Shown piece by piece: positions 1 through 9,399 of a stretch of DNA of 64,000 nt. This DNA is from Candidatus Micrarchaeota archaeon. GTDB taxonomy: Archaea > Micrarchaeota > Micrarchaeia > Burarchaeales > JACRGF01. Below the pieces are notes generated by a model that was not told where the DNA came from, made no database searches, and saw nothing but the letters and a program-made list of their open reading frames with translations. The stretch lies in NCBI GenBank assembly GCA_016212395.1, contig JACRGF010000048.1:10759-74758 (forward strand). Direction: 5' to 3'. Within the stretch, counting starts at the first letter, position 1. Each line of letters opens with the position of its first letter. Made by a program: the position numbers and the translations under genes.

Positions 1-7
1 GAAGTGC

Positions 8-751
8 ATGGGCTCGTGCGTCAACCCGTCTGTTTCAGAACAATCGAGAATTCAAGCACAGCAGTACCAAGCTGAAGTTTACGCGAGAGTAAATAGGGCA
101 GCGACGACAATGTTGCAGGGGAATGGCACTGCCAACCAGACAGCGCCAGTTGAAACGATTCAAAACCAAACTGCTGGTCAGGACGCGCAACCACAGACGG
201 ATGTACAGCCAGTGCAAACTCCTCCACCTGCTCAAACTCCGCCAGTCCAACAGCCTCCAGCGCCGAAGATAGTGCAAGTGAAGTCGTTCAGGGACAACGC
301 TGGAAGGCAGCAATTGCAGTCGTGCGTGAGAGATAAAATGGAAAGCTGCACGCAGCCTTCTCCTGACGGAATGTTTGCAGTGAATTACGCACCAGTAGCA
401 ACTATTACAGCGGGAAACTCGTTTGACTTTACAGTGGATGCTGAAGAAGCAACTGAATACAATTTCGGATTTAATTATGTCGCGCAGGTGAGCGGGAAAA
501 ACCTCGTGTTCCAGGAAGCGTACAGCGGCTGGACTACGTCAAAAACGTGGACGATAAGGCTGAATTCAGGGGTAGGCGACGGAAAGTATTCTATCGGGAC
601 AGACACGGGCGGGATGACGGTGCAAAACAAAAAGTTAGTAGCGTTCGTCAGGGTTAGAAACGCTGACGGGAAAAACGAGTTGGGAGCAAGTTCAGTGGCA
701 GGAATGGATTTGGGCGACGACGTTACTGCAATGGCTTACACGATACAGTAA
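8..751 (+). CDS. hypothetical secreted/surface protein (P/Q-rich linker plus beta-rich C-terminal domain); may continue upstream of the window
   Basis: 247-aa ORF with no stop between position 2 and 8; PPPAQTPPVQQPPAP linker; no family recognised by eye. Confidence 0.35.
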   Translation: MGSCVNPSVSEQSRIQAQQYQAEVYARVNRAATTMLQGNGTANQTAPVETIQNQTAGQDAQPQTDVQPVQTPPPAQTPPVQQPPAPKIVQVKSFRDNAGRQQLQSCVRDKMESCTQPSPDGMFAVNYAPVATITAGNSFDFTVDAEEATEYNFGFNYVAQVSGKNLVFQEAYSGWTTSKTWTIRLNSGVGDGKYSIGTDTGGMTVQNKKLVAFVRVRNADGKNELGASSVAGMDLGDDVTAMAYTIQ

Positions 752-884
752 CACGAAGGACAAATACAAAGATAGCGGAAGCGGGTTTGCTGCAGTGGCG
801 CACGCAAGCAGGGCGAACATGGATATGGGTTTAACGATGCAAAATGTTATAAACTTCATTATGTTTAACGTAATTGGTGAGTTT

Positions 885-1148
885 ATGAATGTGAACGTAA
901 AATTTACTGGAATTATTGAAGAGATTCTTGACGCAGCGATTAGGGTGGGAATGGCAAAGGATAGGACTGAAGCTTTGCGCATGAGTGTGCTTGAGCTTGA
1001 TCATCATTACAGGCTGCTGGAACGAGAGGCTGAACTGCAGGAGGAAGCCGAGGACGTGCGCGATGCGAAAGAATTTTTGAAGAAGCTCGGAAAGAATGAA
1101 GCAAAACTGCATTCAGAAGAGGAAATCCGAAAGGCATTAAGGTCTTAG
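885..1148 (+). CDS. ribbon-helix-helix type antitoxin (putative)
   Basis: ATG 885 lies behind GGTGA. N-terminus NVNVKFTGIIEEILDAAIRVGMAKDRTEALRMSVLEL reads as strand-helix-helix. Stop is 1 nt before the toxin start. Confidence 0.5.
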   Translation: MNVNVKFTGIIEEILDAAIRVGMAKDRTEALRMSVLELDHHYRLLEREAELQEEAEDVRDAKEFLKKLGKNEAKLHSEEEIRKALRS

Positions 1149-1149
1149 C

Positions 1150-1398
1150 ATGGATTATGAACTGGTCTTTTCAGATAGTTTTCGGAAGGCGATAACGAAA
1201 CTTGACAAGTCTGTTCGCCTTGAAGTTGACAGGGCACTTGACAAGATACGGGCAAGGCCAGAGGGAGGCAAGCCTCTTCATGGAGTTCCTAACTTGTTTT
1301 CAGAACGCGTGGGCAGCTTCAGAATTGTCTACCTCTTGAGGGGGAACGTGATTTATTTTGTCAAGATTGGAAAAAGAAAGGATGTTTACAAGCTGTGA
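1150..1398 (+). CDS. relE: RelE/ParE-family toxin
   Basis: 82 aa; ...PLHGVPNLFSERVGSFRIVYLLRGNVIYFVKIGKRKDVY resembles the RelE/ParE core; tightly coupled to the upstream small gene. Confidence 0.7.
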   Translation: MDYELVFSDSFRKAITKLDKSVRLEVDRALDKIRARPEGGKPLHGVPNLFSERVGSFRIVYLLRGNVIYFVKIGKRKDVYKL

Positions 1399-1467
1399 TT
1401 GGTGCGTGGGGTTATCGGCAATCTGGCGCGTTCTCAAAGTTTTTGCTTTACTTTGAATCCGCACGCT

Positions 1468-1983
1468 CTACAACGAAGGAGCGCGTTCAAGGTTTTTTCC
1501 GATTATTTCTGAAGCCATTTCGCTGAATTTTTTGCCGTTGCAGCTCGCGCACAATTCTTTTATCACGGCTGTTTTGAAGCCTGAGTCGAACGCGTCGAAA
1601 GCGCTTGCGAGCACGCAGGCTTCAGAGTCAGTGCCGCAAAGAAAAACGTGCGAGACTGAATTTTTTTTGAGAAAAGCAGGCAATCCGAGAGAGTCGAGCG
1701 AGCGCTTGGACTTGAATGCGGAAAACGTGTTTTTCTCGAACGTGTTTTCAGGAGTGGACAGCTTCGCGAGTTCTGGCGCGATGTCTGTTTCCGGGGGAAG
1801 CGCGCACTCGTTCCAGCCAAAATTCTTCACGAAACCAGAGTCGTTGTTGTTTACGAACTTTATGAACAGCACGAAATCGAACTTGTTTTTCGAAACAAAA
1901 TCGAGAATGCGCGCTGGCAAGTGGCGCGTGAACTCGTTCATGAAACGGTTTTGCACGTCGATTATGATTAGAGCGGTTGCCAT
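1468..1983 (-). CDS. isochorismatase-family cysteine hydrolase (nicotinamidase-like)
   Basis: IIIDVQNRF and LCGTDSEACVLASAFDA motifs (Asp/Cys of the family triad); adjacent to nadE; ATG at 1983. Confidence 0.65.
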   Translation of the reverse strand: MATALIIIDVQNRFMNEFTRHLPARILDFVSKNKFDFVLFIKFVNNNDSGFVKNFGWNECALPPETDIAPELAKLSTPENTFEKNTFSAFKSKRSLDSLGLPAFLKKNSVSHVFLCGTDSEACVLASAFDAFDSGFKTAVIKELCASCNGKKFSEMASEIIGKNLERAPSL

Positions 1984-2000
1984 AAACACACACTGCTACT

Positions 2001-2038
2001 CGAAACTCCGAAACTGCAAAACTTCAAAACTCTAAACT
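2001..2038 (-). repeat. tandem 8-nt GTTTTGRA-type array
   Basis: CGAAACTCCGAAACTGCAAAACTTCAAAACTCTAAACT; overlaps the last codons of nadE. Confidence 0.7.
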
Positions 2039-2830
2039 AATCGCAGGAGGTGCCTGCTTTCGCTTGAACTCTGATTTTTCGTAGAGTTGCATTGTTTTTT
2101 CTACTGTTTGAGCGTCGAAGCCTGAAGAAATTATTTGCTGCGTGGTTTTCTTTTCATCTACGAGCAGGGTAAGAATCGGGTCGAGAATTTCGTAAAGCGG
2201 GAGCGAGTCGGAGTCGCGCTGGTTGGGCTTTAGTTCAGCGGAAGGATGTTTTTCGAGAATGGCTTGCAGAATTATTTCTCTTCCTTTCTTTGAGTTGTAA
2301 TATTTCGCGAGCGCGTACACTTGAGTTTTGTAGACGTTTGCAATGACTGCTACTCCGCCGAGCAGGTCGCCGTAAAGCGTGCAGTAGCCGGTTAGGAGTT
2401 CGCTTTTGTTGCCAGTGCTTAAAACCAAGTGTCCGAACTTGTTCGAGAAAGCCATGAGGATGTTTCCTCGGATGCGCGCCTGCAAGTTTTCTTCAGCAGT
2501 GCCGAAAGGAGTTTTTGCAAAATGAGGCGAGAGCGAGGAGAGGAGCGAGTCGTAAACGTTGTTTATTGGAATTATTTTCAGTTCTATTCCAAGGTTTTTC
2601 GCGAGTTTTTCAGAATTGGAAACGCTTTCTTTAGAGGAAAATTTTGAGGGCATGCTGAGAGCAAGCACGTTTTCTGCTCCGAGCGCTTCAACTGCAATGC
2701 ACGCGGTGAGCGTTGAGTCGATGCCTCCGCTCAAGCCGAGCACTGCTTTTGTGAATCCGTTTGCCTTCGCGTAATCGCGCAAGCCTGAAACGAGCTTGTT
2801 GAAGATTGCTTCGGAATTGAAGCTTGCCAT
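2024..2830 (-). CDS. nadE: NH3-dependent NAD+ synthetase
   Basis: SGGIDSTL PP-loop; full-length NadE-like sequence. Confidence 0.9.
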   Translation of the reverse strand: MASFNSEAIFNKLVSGLRDYAKANGFTKAVLGLSGGIDSTLTACIAVEALGAENVLALSMPSKFSSKESVSNSEKLAKNLGIELKIIPINNVYDSLLSSLSPHFAKTPFGTAEENLQARIRGNILMAFSNKFGHLVLSTGNKSELLTGYCTLYGDLLGGVAVIANVYKTQVYALAKYYNSKKGREIILQAILEKHPSAELKPNQRDSDSLPLYEILDPILTLLVDEKKTTQQIISSGFDAQTVEKTMQLYEKSEFKRKQAPPAISLEF

Positions 2831-2895
2831 GCGGGAATTATGTTGTGAAAGCGTTTTATAGTTTGCGAGAGTAAGGGAAAAAGGATGTTGATGGA

Positions 2896-4242
2896 ATGAG
2901 CGAGTTAAAGTATTATTCTACTAATCACGCGTCTGAAAAAATAGGGTTTGGGAAAGCGCTGCTTGAAGGCCAGGCGCCGGACAAGGGGTTGTACTTGCCT
3001 GAGAGGATTCCGCCAATCACCAAGATGGAGATTGCAGGGTTCTCGCAAAAGAATTACGCGGAGATAGCGTTCGCGGTTGCTGAAAAGTTTCTTGGGGATG
3101 TTGTTCCTGAAGAAAAATTGCGCGAGATAACGAAGTCTGCTTATGATTTTGAAGTGCCTTTGGAGAAGATTGATGGGCAAAAGTGGATAATGCGGTTGGA
3201 CAAAGGCCCGACTGCGAGCTTCAAGGACTTTGCAGCGCGGATGATGGCGCGGTTGATGGACTATTTTTTGGAGGAGGAAAAGAAAAGCGCGCTCGTGCTT
3301 GTTGCTACGAGCGGGGACACTGGAAGCGCGATTGCGAACGCGTTTCACGGGCTTGAAAACGTGAAGGTGTGCGTGCTTTTTCCAGAGAAGGAAGTGAGTG
3401 AAAGGCAGAGAAGGCAAATGACTACGCTTGGCGGGAACGTGCGAGTGCTTGCAGTGAACGGAAAGTTCGACGACTGCCAGAAGATGGTAAAGCAGGCGTT
3501 TTCAGATGAAGAATTGAAAGTGTTGAATTTGACTTCCGCCAATTCGATTAATTTCGGAAGGCTGTTGCCGCAGGCAGTGTATTACTTTTACGCGTACTCG
3601 CGCTTGTGCGACGGAGTAGAGCAAATAATTTTCTCTGTGCCGTCAGGAAACTTCGGGGACTTGATGGGCGGGGTGATAGCGCGCGAAATGGGCTTGCCTG
3701 TGCGGAAATTCGTTGTTGCAACGAACGAGAACGATTCTTTCCCGAAATTCATGGAGAGCGGAAAGTACGAGAGGATAGTGCCGTCGCGCGCGTGCTTGTC
3801 TAACGCGATGAATGTCGGCCACCCGAGCAACCTCGCGAGGCTCATTGACGTTTACGGCGGTCAAATGAAGGAAACGGGGGAGATAATAAAAATGCCTGAA
3901 TTAGGGGAAATGCAGAGAGATTTTTTCGCAGTAAGCGTGAGTGATGAAGAGACGAGGCGGACAATCAGGGAAGCGTTTGAAAAACAAAAAATCGTTTTAG
4001 AGCCGCACGGCGCGGTAGCGTGGGCTGGCTTGAAAAAGTTTTTGGAGAAAGAGGGAAGCGAGCTCAAGTGCGTGAGCTTCGAGACTGCAGACCCGGCAAA
4101 GTTTCCTGAAGAACTCGTGAAGATGGGAGTGAAAGTTGAAACTCCGAAGCAGCTTCAGGGGCTTGAAGAAAAAAAAGAAGAATACGGGAAAATGAACGCT
4201 GAGTACGAAGAGTTCAAGGGATGGCTGAAGAAAAATTATTGA
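2896..4242 (+). CDS. thrC: threonine synthase (long, E. coli/yeast type)
   Basis: GPTASFKDFAARMMA PLP-lysine motif; 448 aa. Confidence 0.85.
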   Translation: MSELKYYSTNHASEKIGFGKALLEGQAPDKGLYLPERIPPITKMEIAGFSQKNYAEIAFAVAEKFLGDVVPEEKLREITKSAYDFEVPLEKIDGQKWIMRLDKGPTASFKDFAARMMARLMDYFLEEEKKSALVLVATSGDTGSAIANAFHGLENVKVCVLFPEKEVSERQRRQMTTLGGNVRVLAVNGKFDDCQKMVKQAFSDEELKVLNLTSANSINFGRLLPQAVYYFYAYSRLCDGVEQIIFSVPSGNFGDLMGGVIAREMGLPVRKFVVATNENDSFPKFMESGKYERIVPSRACLSNAMNVGHPSNLARLIDVYGGQMKETGEIIKMPELGEMQRDFFAVSVSDEETRRTIREAFEKQKIVLEPHGAVAWAGLKKFLEKEGSELKCVSFETADPAKFPEELVKMGVKVETPKQLQGLEEKKEEYGKMNAEYEEFKGWLKKNY

Positions 4243-4946
4243 GGCGTGGCAGGCTTGGCTTCTCTAATTGGTATCGCGCCTCCGCTGCAGTGCTCCAAAT
4301 TTCTCGCGCATTGTTCCTTCATATTGCTGTTAATTATTTTATCGCAGTATGAACTGTCGCATTGAGATGAAGCTAAATTGGAATAGCAGTTGTCTTTGTT
4401 GTTCGCCATCTTTATTTTTTCGCAGAATGCAGCATCGCCTGCTCTTGAAGCGTACTGTGAATAGCAGCTGTCTTTCATGCTAGAATCAGTTATCTTGTCG
4501 CAGGCAGTCACGTCTTCGTTGTTTTGCGAGTAAGTTAAGTAGCAGTAATTCTTCTGCGTTCCAGCAGCGTCGCAGATGGCCGCGTCTTCTTTCAATGTTG
4601 CAAGCCCGGAGTAGCAATCCATCTTCTTGGACTCGCTGAGTTTCCTGCATATAGTCGCGTTTTCTCTCTTGAAAGCCAAGCCCATATAGCAATAGTCTGC
4701 GAATGCAGCGCCTCCTTTTTCCACTTCTGGCATGTCTTCGCATACTTTCATTTCAGGGTCTGCTTGCTCGGCGAGTTGCACTGCAGGGCAAAGGGAAACG
4801 TTTTTGACGACGGTAGTTCCGTCAGCACACACGTACTCTTTCTCTGCTTGGCCTGCTGCCTGGCCTGGCACTGGGTTAGTCACTTGAATACAGCCCAGCA
4901 AAGTGAATGCTGCAATTAAAACAAGGAGCAGGAAACAAACTTTCAT
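4236..4946 (-). CDS. Cys-rich repeat lipoprotein (paralogue of 59770..60912)
   Basis: Signal peptide ending LLGC; about 8 repeats of C-Y-x3-A...D-x3-C-x2-I; ATG 4946 behind AGGTGG. Confidence 0.6.
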   Translation of the reverse strand: MKVCFLLLVLIAAFTLLGCIQVTNPVPGQAAGQAEKEYVCADGTTVVKNVSLCPAVQLAEQADPEMKVCEDMPEVEKGGAAFADYCYMGLAFKRENATICRKLSESKKMDCYSGLATLKEDAAICDAAGTQKNYCYLTYSQNNEDVTACDKITDSSMKDSCYSQYASRAGDAAFCEKIKMANNKDNCYSNLASSQCDSSYCDKIINSNMKEQCARNLEHCSGGAIPIREAKPATPQ

Positions 4947-4976
4947 TAGAACCACCTGAAAAACGATTAGCGCGAG

Positions 4977-4988
4977 TTATTTAAAAAA
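4977..4988. promoter_or_regulatory. shared A/T box between divergent genes (candidate bidirectional TATA)
   Basis: TTATTTAAAAAA lies 29 nt before ATG 5017 (+) and about 31 nt before ATG 4946 (-). Confidence 0.45.
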
Positions 4989-5016
4989 CTATGGGGGAGT
5001 ATAATGTTTTGTTTGT

Positions 5017-5817
5017 GTGCATGCTTTAGAGTGTGAGGGCATGGTTTTATTCGATGAAGCAAAAAAGATTGTTGAAGAAGCGGTTTCTGCAGGAAAATTG
5101 TGCGTAGTAATTGGGAGATGCCGAGTGCAGTATGCAGGCAGGGCTGCGAGCAAGCTGAGCGAAGGGGACCGCATGCTCGTAATAAAGCATGACGGCACTT
5201 TCTTAGTGCACCAGTCGAAGGGAATGCGCGCGATAAACTACCAAGGCCCTGGAGCAGCAATAACTGCTGAAATGGACGAGCATGAAGGCAGGAAAGTGCT
5301 TGTTGTAAAAGCAACGCGCACAAAGCCCTTGAAGGAAGAAATCAAAGTGGTTTTTTTTGAAGTTGATTTTGCAAGCTCGTTCAAGCTCGAGGACGACGAG
5401 AAGCTGAAAGTGTTCGGCACTGAAAGGGAATTGGCAGACTTGATGATGCAAGACTTGAGCATGATTGAGAAAGGGCTGGTGCCACTCCAGCAGGAGAGCT
5501 CGATGAGGAAGGGAGCAATGGACATCGTGGCGACAGACTTTCGCGGTAGAATGGTTGTTATTGAAGTAAAGCGCAGGAGCGCGGGATTGGATGCAGTCAC
5601 ACAGCTTGCGAGGTATGTCGAAGAGGTTGGAAAGAGGGCGGACAAGCAGACGCGCGGGATACTGTGCGCTCCTGAAATTACCGAGAACGCGTTGAGAATG
5701 CTTGAAAAGCAAGGGCTCGAGTACTACAAGCTTGATTACGAAATTCACAACCCGCGCGCTGAAATAAAAGGATTGCAGAAAAAACAAAGCGGGCTGTCAG
5801 AGTTTATGGAAAAATAG
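5017..5817 (+). CDS. nucS: endonuclease NucS/EndoMS
   Basis: N-terminal VIGRCRVQYAGRA...DGTFLVHQ and C-terminal RecB-like DIVATD...VVIEVKRR; alternative start ATG 5041. Confidence 0.85.
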   Translation: MHALECEGMVLFDEAKKIVEEAVSAGKLCVVIGRCRVQYAGRAASKLSEGDRMLVIKHDGTFLVHQSKGMRAINYQGPGAAITAEMDEHEGRKVLVVKATRTKPLKEEIKVVFFEVDFASSFKLEDDEKLKVFGTERELADLMMQDLSMIEKGLVPLQQESSMRKGAMDIVATDFRGRMVVIEVKRRSAGLDAVTQLARYVEEVGKRADKQTRGILCAPEITENALRMLEKQGLEYYKLDYEIHNPRAEIKGLQKKQSGLSEFMEK

Positions 5818-5911
5818 AACTGCGTTGCTTGAAAAAACAAAGCGGCTGCCGGAATTCGTGGGAAAATAGAGAGATTTGGAAAAGCACGAGCGCTGAAATG
5901 TACAGCACGCA

Positions 5912-6388
5912 TTACTCTTGTTTTTCAAACTTGCATTCTCCTCTGTAAAAAGCCCATTCTTCGCACTCTGAACCGTCTGGGAAAACGCACACGCCGAATT
6001 GGCTTGACTCGTTCTCGCGCAAGTCAAGCTGAAACCCTTGGGCGATGCACTTTTCAGAAGCAGGGTTTGTAATGGCGGTTTCTTCAAAGCTTTTGCCTCG
6101 CGCTTTCAACTCCACGCAAGCACTGTTTTTCAGCTCGCAGCCTGCAACGCGGAACTTCTGCGCGCAGTCCAAATCACAAGCCTTGCCTTCAACTGCCTCG
6201 GGAGTGCTTCCTTTCAAGTAGCATTTGCAGTCGCACAAGCTCAACTCGCACGAGCCTATTTCTTCAACAGCCTTCTGCTGGCTGGAACGCCAGAAATCAT
6301 AAATAAAGAAAGCAGACACGGCAACTGCAATGAGAACAACCAGCGCCTTCCAGTTTATTTTGAAACGAGGTTCATCGTACAACAGCAA
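5912..6388 (-). CDS. membrane-anchored Cys-rich protein with C-terminal DUF333-like domain
   Basis: One N-terminal TM; NPASEKCIAQG...GVCVFPDGSECEEWAFYRGEC matches the DUF333 pattern; TTG start abutting the ABCE1 stop. Confidence 0.55.
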   Translation of the reverse strand: MLLYDEPRFKINWKALVVLIAVAVSAFFIYDFWRSSQQKAVEEIGSCELSLCDCKCYLKGSTPEAVEGKACDLDCAQKFRVAGCELKNSACVELKARGKSFEETAITNPASEKCIAQGFQLDLRENESSQFGVCVFPDGSECEEWAFYRGECKFEKQE

Positions 6389-8152
6389 TCACCTTTCGCG
6401 GTAAAAATATTCTCCCGCTTGTTTTTGCTCTTCATCGAGCTGAGAGCCGGTTTTGTTCACGCGCGGCCTGCCTGTGTCCTTGTCGCGCCGCATTGTGACA
6501 TTCATGCGCTTCAAGAACGCGTTCATGCCGTCCCGCTTGCTCGCAGGCGCGTTCGCTTTTCCGCGCACGCTGCTCTCTCCCTCAAACACCATAAGCCTGT
6601 CTGAAACAGAGTCGACGAGAACAATGTCGTGGTCAACTACAAAACACGTTTTCTCTCCGGATTCAATCCTCTGCTTTAAAATGTGCGAAAACTGAAGCCT
6701 CTGTTCAACATCAAGAAAAGCGCTCGGCTCGTCGAACAAGTAAACGTCCGCGTCCTGCGAGAGCGAAAGAGCTATTGAAACACGCTGCAGTTCCCCTCCG
6801 CTCAAGTGCTTCACGCTCTTGTCAAGCAATTCGCTGACGCTCAAACGCTTCTTCAAATCCTCCATTACTCCCAAATTCACTTTGCTGCTTGAAACCAATT
6901 CCGCCACTGTCCCGTTGAAATCGCTTTTCACGTACTGGGGCTTGTAGCTCACTTTCATTTTTTGCTCTACCGTGCCAGAGGAAGGAGCTTCAACTCCGGC
7001 AAGCATTTTCACGAACGTGCTTTTTCCAATCGCGTTCGGGCCGATAATGCCGACAACTTCACCCACTCGAATTGCTCCTGCGTCGCACTCCAAATCAAAA
7101 CGAGCGTACTTCTTCGTCAACTCCTGGTAAGAGTAAGCAACTGAAGATTTTTTCGCTTCACTGGCAGCACGCACTTCAAACTTGATGTCGTTCTCGCGGA
7201 ATCGCATGTTCTCGTCCTTGAGAAAACCTTGCAAGTACTCGTTCACCCCGTTGCGCACGCCCTTCAACCCGCTCGCAACCCCGTACGCGCCGTTCACTCC
7301 GTAGAAAACGTGCACGTAATCGCACAAGTAATCAAGCACTGCCAAATCGTGCTCTACAACAACAACGAACTTTCCTTCCACGGCAAGGCCTTTAATCAAG
7401 CGCGCCATGTTCAAGCGCTGCTCGATGTCCAGGTAAGAGCTGGGCTCGTCGAAAAAATAAAAATCAGCTTTCTTCATCCACGCCGCGCACACTGAAACGC
7501 GCTGCAGTTCCCCTCCGCTCAAGTCAGCAACGTCGCTGTCGAGAAAATTTTCCAGCTCGAACAACTTGACTGCTTCAGCGAATTTTTTGCGCTCGTCCAT
7601 CTTCTTGAGAAGCGCGTTTACTTTGCCTTTAAAGAGCTTTGGAACGTCGTCGACATTCTGTGGCTTGAATGAAACTTTCAAGCCGCTCGCGAGCTTCCGG
7701 TAATAATTCTGAATTTCAGGAACTCCCTTGAAAAACTGCATTATCGAGTCGAATGAAAAATTTTCCTTGTACTTGCCCATGTTCGGGACAAGCTGGCCTG
7801 AAAGAATCTTGAGCGTAGTAGTCTTGCCAATGCCGTTCGCGCCAATCAAGCCCACCACCGCACTCTCGCGCGGAAGCGCTTGGTTGAACAAGCGGAAAGA
7901 ATTAACTCCGAACTGCACCACGAGCGTGCCTTTCTCTTCAGGAAGGTTGATGATTTTAATCGCGCCAGTAGGGCATTTCTTCGGGCAAATGCCGCACCCA
8001 GTGCACAGAATTTCACTAATAACAGGAAAATCGTCTTCGCCTTTCAAGATAGTCTCGTCGCCCATGCGAACTCCAGGGCATGCTTTAATGCAAACGTATC
8101 CGCACTCTTGCTTCGAGCACTTGTCCTTGTCTAAAACAGCAATCCTTGGCAT
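6389..8152 (-). CDS. ABCE1 / RNase L inhibitor (ribosome recycling ATPase)
   Basis: N-terminal double 4Fe-4S Cys clusters plus two ABC cassettes (GANGIGKTT, GPNAIGKST, two LSGGELQR). Confidence 0.95.
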   Translation of the reverse strand: MPRIAVLDKDKCSKQECGYVCIKACPGVRMGDETILKGEDDFPVISEILCTGCGICPKKCPTGAIKIINLPEEKGTLVVQFGVNSFRLFNQALPRESAVVGLIGANGIGKTTTLKILSGQLVPNMGKYKENFSFDSIMQFFKGVPEIQNYYRKLASGLKVSFKPQNVDDVPKLFKGKVNALLKKMDERKKFAEAVKLFELENFLDSDVADLSGGELQRVSVCAAWMKKADFYFFDEPSSYLDIEQRLNMARLIKGLAVEGKFVVVVEHDLAVLDYLCDYVHVFYGVNGAYGVASGLKGVRNGVNEYLQGFLKDENMRFRENDIKFEVRAASEAKKSSVAYSYQELTKKYARFDLECDAGAIRVGEVVGIIGPNAIGKSTFVKMLAGVEAPSSGTVEQKMKVSYKPQYVKSDFNGTVAELVSSSKVNLGVMEDLKKRLSVSELLDKSVKHLSGGELQRVSIALSLSQDADVYLFDEPSAFLDVEQRLQFSHILKQRIESGEKTCFVVDHDIVLVDSVSDRLMVFEGESSVRGKANAPASKRDGMNAFLKRMNVTMRRDKDTGRPRVNKTGSQLDEEQKQAGEYFYRER

Positions 8153-8290
8153 GAAAAACACCAGTAACAGCAGAGTTAAGAAAAAAAGAAGTTAAAAAAC
8201 AAGCACTATCGCCTGCAACTTCACGCGTTTTGCTGGAAAACAGTTCACAAACCTACGCATTTTTATTACGGCGAGTCCAAAAATAGCGTT

Positions 8291-9331
8291 ATGAAAGTAA
8301 TCCACTTTGACTGGAAGGCAGGCGAGCTGAAAGCAGTTGCTGAAAACAGCGAGGATTTGTGGCACTTGGAACGCGTAATGGAAATTGGGGACGAAGTGGA
8401 AAGCAAGAGCTTCAGGCGCTTCAAAACAAGCGAGGGAGAAGCAGGCGAAAAAAAGCCGGTGACGATTCGCTTGAGAGCAGAAAAAATAGAGTTCAGCGAG
8501 CACGCGAACAAGTTGAGGGTTACTGGGCCAATCAAGAGCGGGAACCCAGAGGAATTCGTGCAAATCGGAAGCTACCACACTATTGACGTTGAATTGAATT
8601 TTCCAGTAAAAATAATCAAGCACTGGAAGCAATGGCAAGTGGACAGGCTCAAGCAAGCACAAAAGGAAACGAAGAGGCCGAAACTGGAAATAATCGTGCT
8701 TGACGAGGAGAAGGCAGTGTTTGCGCGCTTGAAAGCAAAAGGCGTGGATTTTGCTTTTGAAATAAAAAACAATGCTGGCGGGAAAGGCGACGAGAAGAAA
8801 GAAGAAAAAACGAAGAGCTACTTCGGGGAAATAATGAAGAAGATAAGCGAGGGAAGCACTGGGAGGATAGTGATTGCCGGGCCTGGGTTTACGAAGGACA
8901 ATTTGAGGAAATTCATTGCAGAACGCCAGCCTGAGTTGGTAAAGAAAATAATTTTCGAATCGTGCTCGAACGCCGAGGAAAGCGGAGTTTATGAACTGCT
9001 CAAGAGAGGAGTGCTTGCGAAAGCAGTGCAGGACGAGCGCGTGGCGCGCGAGTTTGAGTTGATAGAGAAACTAATGGCTGAAATCGGGAGGGAAAGCGGG
9101 CTTGCTGTCTACGGAGTGGATGAAGTGCGCAAAGCAAGCGAGTACAAGGCAATAGGCGAACTGCTCGTGCTCGACGAAGCACTGAGAAAACACGGGCAAG
9201 TGGAAAAACTGCTGGAAGAAAACGAAGCGAACAAGGCGAAAATAATTATTTTCTCAAGCGAAAACGACGCTGGAAAACAACTGGCAGGGCTGGGAGGCAT
9301 TGCGGGAATATTACGGTTTAAAATGAGGTGA
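8291..9331 (+). CDS. pelA: Pelota (Dom34) mRNA surveillance factor
   Basis: MKVIHFD...SEDLWHLERV N-terminal domain and eRF1-like C-terminal domains. Confidence 0.9.
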   Translation: MKVIHFDWKAGELKAVAENSEDLWHLERVMEIGDEVESKSFRRFKTSEGEAGEKKPVTIRLRAEKIEFSEHANKLRVTGPIKSGNPEEFVQIGSYHTIDVELNFPVKIIKHWKQWQVDRLKQAQKETKRPKLEIIVLDEEKAVFARLKAKGVDFAFEIKNNAGGKGDEKKEEKTKSYFGEIMKKISEGSTGRIVIAGPGFTKDNLRKFIAERQPELVKKIIFESCSNAEESGVYELLKRGVLAKAVQDERVAREFELIEKLMAEIGRESGLAVYGVDEVRKASEYKAIGELLVLDEALRKHGQVEKLLEENEANKAKIIIFSSENDAGKQLAGLGGIAGILRFKMR

Positions 9332-9399
9332 AAAAAGCAGAAAGTAATTGGATTATAAAGGGGAAAAACTAAAAGAAATATAGCGTGGGGGGAATAAAA

